64,000 nt of DNA from an uncultured Acidobacteriota bacterium (GTDB lineage Bacteria; Acidobacteriota; Thermoanaerobaculia; Gp7-AA8). Where the stretch lies: the NCBI GenBank assembly GCA_963822445.1, contig CAWGHO010000002.1, positions 576,001-640,000 on the forward strand, given 5' to 3'. This document shows positions 14,195-22,252 of this stretch, piece by piece. Each line of letters begins with the position of its first letter. Positions within the stretch are counted from its first letter, which is position 1. The notes under the pieces are model-generated. The model had not been told where the DNA came from. It searched no databases and saw nothing but the letters and a program-made list of their open reading frames with translations. The translations under genes and the position numbers were made by a program.

Positions 14195-14620
14195 CTAATC
14201 CAGAAGACTCGCCGGCACCTTGCCGCCGTTCTCAGCCAGCTTCTTCATCACTTCCTTGTGCAACCAGATGTTCATCTTCGCGGAGTCGTCCGTGTCGCCG
14301 GTGTATCCGAGCTCCTTCGCGAGCTCCTTGCGCTCGGCGAGGCTGCTTTCCATGCCGACGAGCTTCATCAGGTCGACGATCGAATGCTTCCAGTCGAGCT
14401 TCTCGCTGTTCTTCGCGGCCATGCCGTTGAGCACGGCCTCGACGTCGACATTGGCTGCGGTCCCGAGACCCGGCACGGCCTGTCCGACCGGCACACCCTG
14501 CCGCTGCGCTGCTTCGACGCGCGATTCGTTGCTCTGCCCCGGTTTGTAAGCGTCATGCGGAGCTTCCGCCGTCGCGCCGCCGCGGAAGATCTTGTCCATC
14601 ATTTTTCCGAAGAGTCCCAT
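14195..14620 (-). CDS. DUF3597-like protein
   Basis: LDWKHSIVDLMKL..SSLAERKELAKELGY..SAKMNIWLHKEV..LAENGGKVP. Confidence 0.88.
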   Translation of the reverse strand: MGLFGKMMDKIFRGGATAEAPHDAYKPGQSNESRVEAAQRQGVPVGQAVPGLGTAANVDVEAVLNGMAAKNSEKLDWKHSIVDLMKLVGMESSLAERKELAKELGYTGDTDDSAKMNIWLHKEVMKKLAENGGKVPASLLD

Positions 14621-14643
14621 GTGTTGCCTCCACTCCCGGATAG

Positions 14644-14659
14644 TGCAATGTACGGTCCC
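14644..14659 (-). promoter_or_regulatory. Putative sigma54 (-24/-12) promoter
   Basis: Minus strand GGGACCGTACATTGCA has GG-N10-GC spacing, just upstream of the GGAGG RBS. Confidence 0.45.
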
Positions 14660-14753
14660 GTACGAATCCCTCTTGCCGGCCGGCCCGCGACGCCTTTAAA
14701 CTCATCAGTAATTCCCCCAAAAAAGCAGTCGCGCGGCCGCGAAAGGAGTGTCT

Positions 14754-16463
14754 ATGTCCTGGACGAGACGCCAATTTCTGGAGATGGTCGGCATGCTCGG
14801 TGGCTCGGTCGCCGTCCACGAAGTGATGACGGCGATGGGCTGGATGAAGATGCAGGCCTGGGAAGGGCCGGTGAAGCTCGAGGCCGGTTCGGGACGAGGC
14901 AAGAAGGTACTGATCCTCGGCGCCGGCATCGGCGGACTGACCACCGCCTTCGAGCTGCGCAACGCCGGCTACGAAGTGCTGATCCTCGAGCCGCAGCAAC
15001 GGGCCGGCGGGCGCAGTCTCACGGCGCGCCGCGGGACCGTCGTGACCGAGGAGAGCGATGAGCATGGCGTGACCCACCAGACCTGCGACTTCGACGAAGG
15101 TCTGTACCTGAACATGGGCCCGGGACGCCTCCCCTTCCACCACCGCCGCGTCCTCCACTACTGCCACATCCTCGGCGTCCCGCTCGAGGTCTACAACATG
15201 ACCACGACCGCGAACCTGTGGGAGCGGCGCGACGCCTTCGCCGGCAACGCGGTCGTGCGCCGCCAGCTGCAGACCGACGCCCAGGGCTACATCGCCGAGA
15301 TGATGGCCAAGGAAGTCTGCAAGGGATCGCTGAACAAGGAACTGACGCCGCAGGAACGCACGTGGCTGCTCGATCTGCTCGTCACGTTCGGCGATCTGAA
15401 CGCGACCGGTTCGACGTGCGTGCTGCACGGCGATGAGAAGGAAAAGTGCGGCGATCCGGCGTCGTACAAATATTGCGGATCGACGCGGTCCGGTTGCGCG
15501 CAACTCAACATCTTCGACACCTGCACCGCGCCGCAACCGGTGCCCCTGCGCACGCTGCTCCGTTCGCAGTTCTGGTCAGGCGCTTCGGGCTCGTTCTACC
15601 AGCCGCTCGAGTTCGAATGGCAACCGACGCTCTTCCAGCCTGTCGGCGGCATGGACATGATCTGGAAGGGATTCCTGCGCCAGGTCGGGACGCTGATCGC
15701 GTATCGCTCCGAGGTCACGGGATTGAAGCTGTTCGATGACGCGGTGGAAGTCGAGTACCTGAATCAGTTCACCGGACAGAAGTCCGTGCTGCGCGCCGAC
15801 TACTGCATCAGCAACATTCCTCTGCCGATCCTTCAGAAGATCCCCGCGAACTTCGAACAGGAGTTCGCGGAGGCCGTGGCCGTGGCGAAGTTCGACGCGA
15901 CGTGCAAGGTCGGATGGCAGGCCAACGCGCGGTTCTGGGAGAACGACACGAATCAGATCTACGGCGGCATCAGCTACATCGAGGCGCCGATCACGCAGAT
16001 CTGGTATCCGTCGTATCAGTACTTCGAGCCGAAGGGCACGCTCACCGGCGCGTACAACTATCCGCCACAGGCCAACGCCTTCGGCGCGCTGCCGCTGAAG
16101 GAGCGGCTGCGTCATGCGCGGGAACAGGCCGCGATGCTGCACCCCGAGTTCAATGACCGGGCGATCGTCCCCGAGGAGAAGGGGTTGTCGATCGCGTGGC
16201 ACAACATCCCCTACCAGCGCGGCGGCTGGGCGAACTGGAAAGCGGAGTCGGCGGATCACGCGGATGGATACGAGCGGCTGCTCGCGCCCGATCGGCGTTT
16301 CCACATCGTCGGCGATCAGGTCTCGACGCTGCCCGGCTGGCAGGAGGGGGCGATGATGTCGGCCGAGCACGTGGTCGAGCAGATCGCCGGGATCCGTCCG
16401 ATGACGGTGCCGGACATCAAGCGCGCGCCGAGCACGAGGAAGATGATTCTCGGAGTAACCTAG
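14754..16463 (+). CDS. Tat-exported flavin monoamine oxidase / L-amino acid oxidase family protein
   Basis: TRRQFL twin-arginine signal, GAGIGGL Rossmann motif, RAGGR, NMGPGR, C-terminal GWQEGA. Confidence 0.9.
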   Translation: MSWTRRQFLEMVGMLGGSVAVHEVMTAMGWMKMQAWEGPVKLEAGSGRGKKVLILGAGIGGLTTAFELRNAGYEVLILEPQQRAGGRSLTARRGTVVTEESDEHGVTHQTCDFDEGLYLNMGPGRLPFHHRRVLHYCHILGVPLEVYNMTTTANLWERRDAFAGNAVVRRQLQTDAQGYIAEMMAKEVCKGSLNKELTPQERTWLLDLLVTFGDLNATGSTCVLHGDEKEKCGDPASYKYCGSTRSGCAQLNIFDTCTAPQPVPLRTLLRSQFWSGASGSFYQPLEFEWQPTLFQPVGGMDMIWKGFLRQVGTLIAYRSEVTGLKLFDDAVEVEYLNQFTGQKSVLRADYCISNIPLPILQKIPANFEQEFAEAVAVAKFDATCKVGWQANARFWENDTNQIYGGISYIEAPITQIWYPSYQYFEPKGTLTGAYNYPPQANAFGALPLKERLRHAREQAAMLHPEFNDRAIVPEEKGLSIAWHNIPYQRGGWANWKAESADHADGYERLLAPDRRFHIVGDQVSTLPGWQEGAMMSAEHVVEQIAGIRPMTVPDIKRAPSTRKMILGVT

Positions 16464-16550
16464 CCGGGCCGGCACGGCCGGCAGCGCTGGTTGCTGCGCC
16501 ACGGGCCACATGATCGCCCTGGCCGCGAGCGGTGCGAGATCGAAGGCGAC

Positions 16551-17180
16551 ATGAAGATCGGAATCATCGGCGCGGGACACATCGGCGGAACGACGGCGCG
16601 GCTGTTCATCGACGCCGGCCACGAGGTCGCGATCAGCAACTCGCGCGGCCCGGAAACACTCCGCGATCTGATCACCGAGCTCGGACCGAATGCGCGCGCG
16701 GTCACGGCTTCCGAGGCCGCGCGGTTTGGGGACGTCGTGCTGGTGGCGATTCCGCTGAAGGACTACAAGACCCTGCCCGTCGATGAGCTGAACGGAAAGA
16801 TCGTCATCGACGCGATGAACTACTACCCAAACCGCGACGGTCACTACGCGGAGCTCGACACCGCCGTATCCACGTCGAGCGAGATGCTCGCCGCGCACCT
16901 GCCCGGTGCGCGCGTGGTGAAGGCGTTCAACACGATCTGGTTCGAGCACCTGAAGACCAAGGGCAACAAGACCACGTTCGCCGACCAGCGCCGGGCGATC
17001 TTCGTCTCCGGCGATGATGCCGAGGCCAAGGCGGTGGTGTCGAAGCTGATCGAGGAGATCGGTTTCGGACCGTACGACATGGGATCGCTCGCCGACAGCG
17101 GCGAGCAGCAGCCGGACAGCGCGGTCTACAACAAAGACGTGACCGTCGCGGAAGCGCGCGCTCTCGCACCTCGCTCGTGA
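16551..17180 (+). CDS. NADPH-dependent F420 reductase-like oxidoreductase
   Basis: MKIGIIGAGHIG, SNSRGPETL, IDAMNYY, VVKAFNT. Confidence 0.9.
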   Translation: MKIGIIGAGHIGGTTARLFIDAGHEVAISNSRGPETLRDLITELGPNARAVTASEAARFGDVVLVAIPLKDYKTLPVDELNGKIVIDAMNYYPNRDGHYAELDTAVSTSSEMLAAHLPGARVVKAFNTIWFEHLKTKGNKTTFADQRRAIFVSGDDAEAKAVVSKLIEEIGFGPYDMGSLADSGEQQPDSAVYNKDVTVAEARALAPRS

Positions 17181-17770
17181 ACTTCAGCCGCATCGTCGCC
17201 GCGCTGCTGTCGATCGCGAAGAACGGCGTGCCCGCCCTCGGCATACTCCTACGCGACTGGGCAGCACCGAGCGCACTCCTCCTCTACCTCGGCGAAAACA
17301 TCGTCCTGGCGCTGCTCGGTGCGCTGACCGTTCTGCTGGTCGCGCCGAAATCCGAAGTGATCGAGGGAAAGCTCAAATCGCGCCGTGAATCGCTGCAGAC
17401 GTTCTTTCTCATCGCCGCGCCGTTTACCTTCGGCGCAGCGGTGATCACGCTGGCGGTCATCGTGATTCGCACGGAGTACGCGATCGACGCGCGCGAGCTC
17501 GCGACCGGCTTCGCGCTGATGCTTCTCTTCCAGGCGATCGGATTCTTCGTCGGCCTTCGCCAGATGCGCGGCATCACCCTCGCCGATTCCGAGAACATGC
17601 TCGTCAGCATCCTCGGCCGCATCTTTCTGCTCGCGCTCGCGGTGTGGATCGGTCTGATCCTCGCGTTCTTCGTATCCAGCGCGTTCGTGATTCCGTTCAT
17701 GATCCTGAAGACGATCGTCGACCTCGGGAGTCTGCGATCGGACGCGATCAAGCGCCGCTTAGCGCAATGA
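17177..17770 (+). CDS. Multi-pass membrane protein (DUF6498-like)
   Basis: NGVPALG..W..LLLYLGEN and a C-terminal LKTIVD pattern; about 6 TM segments; GTGA overlap with the upstream gene. Confidence 0.7.
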   Translation: MNFSRIVAALLSIAKNGVPALGILLRDWAAPSALLLYLGENIVLALLGALTVLLVAPKSEVIEGKLKSRRESLQTFFLIAAPFTFGAAVITLAVIVIRTEYAIDARELATGFALMLLFQAIGFFVGLRQMRGITLADSENMLVSILGRIFLLALAVWIGLILAFFVSSAFVIPFMILKTIVDLGSLRSDAIKRRLAQ

Positions 17771-18694
17771 CCGCGTGAGCGATCCGCTGGTCCCGAGGGA
17801 GATGAGAGCCAGACCTCAAGACCCGCCAGTAACCCGACACAAAATGGATTCGACGCGAAGAATCTGTCGGTTGGCAATCTGTGCGTGGCCTCTTACGATC
17901 GCCTCTCCTACATGGAGGTCATGATGAACGAAGAAGAAGATCTCGAGGTAGATGCCGCCATCGAGGCGGAAATCGACGAGTACCAACGGAAACAACGTCC
18001 GTCGCTCAGACAGAGCCTGCAAGCCGAGTACACGCTGCGAGAGATGCAACGCGTGGTTGTGGAGCTATCGACATGGCGTATCGAGCAGCTGCTTAAAGAC
18101 GCTGATGCCGGCCGCCATCTCCAGCGACTACAAGATGAAGGCTGCGATCGTCAGCACCTGCTCTACCTTTTGGCTATGGTTGAAAAGAATGAGCTCCCCG
18201 AACGGTGGCTTGGTCTCAAGAGTCGTAGCGAGTTGAAGACCGCCATGAAGAAGGTCGCGGACGCGATGCACGTCATCCGAACCGTTCAGCCTAGCATTTG
18301 GCTTTGCCGTACTCTTGCCCGCGACTGGGCTTGGTTTGCGATGTTTCCAATGCTGGAGACACTCCTTCAGAGTTATCTCTCTTTTCTCGCTCTGTTTGGC
18401 GACTCCAAGGAAGCCATACCGGATGTTTCGCGCGAGTTTATCGTCGCTCACGTTGTCAATCGTACTGGAACTGCGTTCGACCATCAGGTAGCGGCGTTAA
18501 TTGCTGCTCTGCCCGGCCATGGCGGCTATTCGACCGAAGCGCATGCTAAGTGGCGCAGCCGAAGCACGTTCTTGAGGTCTGGCGCCTCTTGGCCGACCTA
18601 GGACGGCACCAACTACGGGGGGCGTCCGATGGGAGGAATGGACATTGGAGGTTATCGCTTAGCGCAATGACCCCGTGAGCGATCCGCTCGTCCC
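17756..18694. mobile_element. 900-bp foreign insertion flanked by 39-bp direct repeats (att-like scar)
   Basis: 17756-17794 and 18656-18694 differ at 2 of 39 nt. The interior is visibly more AT-rich. A 14-bp perfect inverted repeat lies at 17808-17821 and 18570-18583. Confidence 0.7.
17885..18601 (+). CDS. Hypothetical protein with atypical codon usage (start may be ATG 17912 or 17921)
   Basis: Longest ORF filling the insertion; many A/T-ending codons; GGAGG precedes ATG 17921/17924. Confidence 0.6.
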   Translation: MASYDRLSYMEVMMNEEEDLEVDAAIEAEIDEYQRKQRPSLRQSLQAEYTLREMQRVVVELSTWRIEQLLKDADAGRHLQRLQDEGCDRQHLLYLLAMVEKNELPERWLGLKSRSELKTAMKKVADAMHVIRTVQPSIWLCRTLARDWAWFAMFPMLETLLQSYLSFLALFGDSKEAIPDVSREFIVAHVVNRTGTAFDHQVAALIAALPGHGGYSTEAHAKWRSRSTFLRSGASWPT

Positions 18695-19513
18695 CTCAGG
18701 AGCGCGAACGAACGAACCGTTCGCGAAGACGATGTCTTCGCTGACGTTTGTGTTCGCAACGAATTCCGTACCGTATTCGGACAACGGCCGATCGAGCGAT
18801 CCGTCCTTGCCGGCGCTGGCGACGTAATAACCTGCGCACGACGGGGTGCACTGCGCGGGCTCATAGAAATACGGGGTTCCCCATCCATCAACGCGCGGCA
18901 ACGATTTCGAGTACGTCGGCTCCAGGAACGGAACGAGCTCGTCGATCGTCCGAACCGCCGGATAAGCATTGTGATCGGTGGCATACGCCTCGACAGCTAC
19001 GGCGATGGTCCGGATGTCCGCCATCGAACGCTTCTGTTTCGACCGCTGCATCGCCGTCAGCAGATTCGGGATCGCGATCGCGGCGATGATGCCCGGGATG
19101 TAGAGCACGAGCATCACCAGGGCCATGATTCCGGCGAACTTCCAGAACGACTTCTGCTCGCGCAAAGCACGCTCGACAGCTGCCGACTTGGATGGCGCGT
19201 CCGCAGCGTCCGCGATCGCGCTTGCATACCGGTACAGATATCGCGACGGGAAGATATAGAGGATGGACATCAGCAGGTACAACGCGCCCATGCCGACGAG
19301 AAAACCTCCTTGTCCGTTACCCGTCACCATCTGGTAGCCGCCGAAGCCGGCCATGCCGAGGGCAACGAGCACCATCAGGCCGGCACACACGAAGCCCAGG
19401 ATGGAAAGAAACCGCACCCATGGCCTGGTCGCCTCGAGGGCGTCGACCATACCGGCGGTCAAGACATCGAGGGGCTGAGCGGGCGAAGCCGGGGAAACCG
19501 GAATTTCGGTCAC
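18659..19513 (-). CDS. Membrane protein (DUF5362-like) fused to a GspG/pseudopilin-like domain
   Basis: PWVRFLSILGF..FWKFAGI, then IAAIAIPNLLTAMQRSKQKR..DGWGTPY..SAGKDG. Confidence 0.8.
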   Translation of the reverse strand: MTEIPVSPASPAQPLDVLTAGMVDALEATRPWVRFLSILGFVCAGLMVLVALGMAGFGGYQMVTGNGQGGFLVGMGALYLLMSILYIFPSRYLYRYASAIADAADAPSKSAAVERALREQKSFWKFAGIMALVMLVLYIPGIIAAIAIPNLLTAMQRSKQKRSMADIRTIAVAVEAYATDHNAYPAVRTIDELVPFLEPTYSKSLPRVDGWGTPYFYEPAQCTPSCAGYYVASAGKDGSLDRPLSEYGTEFVANTNVSEDIVFANGSFVRAPEGTSGSLTGSLR

Positions 19514-19594
19514 GCGAAGTCCTCCCTGGAAACGAGTTGGATTTCCACGATGTTAGCAGGTGGTTCCCGACGTCCGCGGGCATAATTCGCGGCC

Positions 19595-21641
19595 ATGAAA
19601 CTCACCCGCCTCCTCTCCGCGATCCTCTTCGCGTCCCTTTCGCTGTTCGCCTTCGCCGCCGATGCGCCGTCCGTCGCAAAACGCTACGGCACCTGGGGCG
19701 TCGATCTCGAAGGGATGGACAAGACCGTCAAGCCCGGCGACGACTTCTTCCGCTACGTCAACGGCAAGTGGGCCGCGACGACGCAGATCCCGCCGGACAA
19801 AACGTCATTCGGCGCATTCACCGGGCTGCGCGACATTTCCGAGGAGCGGGTGCGCGTGATTCTCGACCGCTGGGCCGCGGACAAGAATCTGAAGGCCGGC
19901 TCGGACGAGGCCAAGGTCGCGGCGATCTACCGCACCTTCCTGGATGAAGCCGCGGTGGAGAAGCTCGACGCGAAGCCGATCGAGCCGCAGCTCGAAGCGC
20001 TGAAGAAGGCGGAGACCCGCGACGACATCGCGAAACTGATGGCTCGCACGACCTCGAGCTTCGGCCGCGCGCTGTTCAACGCCGGCGTTTCCGACGATTC
20101 CAAGAATCCGGAAAAGTACGCGCTGTATCTGTCGCAGTCCGGGATCGGCCTGGCCGATCGTGAGTTCTATCTGCGCGAGAACTTCAAGCCGCAGAAGGAG
20201 CGCTATCAGAAGTACGTCGCGGACATGCTCCGCCTCGCGGGTTGGGAAGAGCCGGACAAGAACGCGGCGGACATCGTGGCCATGGAAACGGCGATCGCCG
20301 AGGGGATGTGGACGCGGGCCGAGGGACGCAATCGCGACAAGACGTACAACCCGATGACCGTCGCCGATCTCGAGAAGAACGCGCCCGGATTTCCGTGGAC
20401 GGTGTTCTTCAAGGAAGCGGGCATCGACAAAGCCGATCGCGCGGTCGTCAGACAGAACACGGCCTTCCCCAAGCTCGCGAAGATCTACGCCGACACACCC
20501 GTGGCCACGCTGCGGGCCTGGCAGGCGTTCCATGTCATCGACGACGCGGCGCCGCTTCTCTCCAAGCGCTTCGCCGAGGCGAACTGGGAGTTCCGCTCGA
20601 AGTTCCTGCGCGGACAGCAGGAAGAACGACCGCGCTGGAAACGCGCCGTCGAAGCCGCGGAGGGCACGATGGGCGAAGCCATCGGCCGCACGTACGTCGC
20701 CGAGCATTTCCCGCCGGACTCGAAGATGAAGATGGAGAAGCTCGTCGCCGACCTGCGGGCAGCGATGAAGGGACGCATCGAGAAACTGGAGTGGATGGGT
20801 CCGGAGACGAAGGCCCGCGCGCTGGACAAGCTGGCGAAGTTCGGCGTGAAGATCGGCTATCCGACGAAGTGGCGCGACTACTCGAAGCTCGAAGTCCGGG
20901 AAGGCGATCTGGTCGGCAACGCTCAGCGGGCCGCGAAGTTCGAGTGGGACTACGACGTGGCCCGCATCGGCAAGTCCGTCGATGAAGCCGAATGGGGCAT
21001 GACCCCGCAGACAGTCAACGCCTACTACTCGTCGGCGAAGAACGAGATCGTGTTCCCCGCGGCGATTCTGCAGCCGCCGTTCTTCGATCCGAAGGCCGAC
21101 CCGGCCGTGAATTACGGCGCGCATCGGCGCGGTGATCGGCCACGAGATCACGCACGGCTTCGACGACCAGGGCCGCAAGTCCGACGGCACGGGCATGCTG
21201 CGCGACTGGTGGGCGGCGACGGACGCGGCGAAGTTCGAAGCGCAGGCGGCGAAGCTCGGCGCGCAGTACGAAGCCCTCGCGCTGCCGCAGGCGAAGGACC
21301 TCAAGATCATCGGCAAGCAGACCATGGGCGAGAACATCGGCGACCTCGGCGGCATCCTGATGGCCCTCGATGCCTACCGGATCTCGCTGAATGGCAAACC
21401 CGCGCCGGTCCTCGACGGATTCACCGGCGACCAGCGCGTCTTCCTCGGCTGGGCCCAGGTCTGGCGGACGATGATGCGCGACGACGCGCTCCGCCAGTAC
21501 GTCATGACCGACTCCCACTCCCCCGGCATGGTCCGCGCCTTCGCCCCGCTCCGAAACGTCGACGCCTGGTACGAGGCCTTCGAGGTGAAGGAAGGGGACG
21601 CGAATTACGTGAAGCCGGAGGAGCGGGTGAGGATCTGGTAG
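19595..21641 (+). CDS. M13 family metallopeptidase (PepO/neprilysin-like) with one +1 frameshift near 21121
   Basis: Signal peptide, PGDDFFRYVNG and VNAYY..NEIVFPAAILQPPFF in the first frame; GHEITHGFD and GENIGD in the second frame. Confidence 0.93.
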
Positions 21642-22010
21642 TCAGGCAACGGCAAACGCCAGGCGAAGGTCGCTCGCGACCTCGCCCAGGCGTTTGTCGG
21701 CCGTCCAGAGAAGGCCGCTGTCGGTCAGCGTCACCGCAGCGAGCAGATGAGCGTCGATGTAGCCGATCCCTTTTCCCATCAGCCGTCTCTCTTCGATGAA
21801 GAGCAGGGTTTCCCGGTCATCGGCAACGAGAGTGGATGGGAGAGCGCTCAGGAGGTCCAGCACTTCCCGGCGATTCTTCAACTGACCGCAGGCGAGCTCG
21901 CCGATGATGAAGGGATGGGTGAGGACGTCCTCGCGCTCGAGGGCATCCACGAGTGTCGGATTCGCGCGATGGAAGTGGTCGATCCACACCGACGTATCGA
22001 CCAGAATCAC
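21642..22010 (-). CDS. vapC: VapC PIN-domain toxin
   Basis: MILVDTSVWIDH, GEL, YIDAHL and LWTADK carry the PIN acidic residues. Confidence 0.92.
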   Translation of the reverse strand: MILVDTSVWIDHFHRANPTLVDALEREDVLTHPFIIGELACGQLKNRREVLDLLSALPSTLVADDRETLLFIEERRLMGKGIGYIDAHLLAAVTLTDSGLLWTADKRLGEVASDLRLAFAVA

Positions 22011-22198
22011 GACGAGCGCCGGCTCCTCGGCGCCCTGGCCCGCGGATCAGTGCCGCCCAGACGCGCCAGCCTCTTCGCGCTCTCTCTCGCGATCAAGGCC
22101 CTCAGTCCATCGTGAATGAGAGCCGTCCGCTCCTGAGTTCCGGTGACGCGACGAGCCTGGTCGAGCAACTCCTCATCGAGATTCAGTGTGGTTCTCAT
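22007..22198 (-). CDS. vapB: VapB antitoxin
   Basis: MRTTLNLDEELL RHH-type N-terminus; 4-nt overlap with vapC. Confidence 0.9.
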   Translation of the reverse strand: MRTTLNLDEELLDQARRVTGTQERTALIHDGLRALIARESAKRLARLGGTDPRARAPRSRRSS

Positions 22199-22199
22199 G

Positions 22200-22237
22200 T
22201 GCCTTCAGGATACATCAGGTGATGCATCCTGAAGGCA
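22200..22237. promoter_or_regulatory. Inverted repeat at the vapBC promoter (probable autoregulatory operator)
   Basis: TGCCTTCAGGAT-ACATCA-GG-TGATGC-ATCCTGAAGGCA, immediately upstream of the vapB ATG. Confidence 0.65.
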
Positions 22238-22252
22238 TCACTCACGCCACCC

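Noticed and set aside
17756-18694. Integron cassette (attC) or CRISPR interpretation of the 39-bp repeats
   Set aside because: There are only two copies, 900 bp apart. I see no RYYYAAC/GTTRRRY-bounded palindrome and no intI or cas gene, and the repeat is coding sequence of the flanking genes.
21121-21799. Arg-rich C-terminus of the 734-aa ORF
   Set aside because: It is out-of-frame read-through after the M13 frameshift; the real C-terminus is in the 21132-21641 frame.
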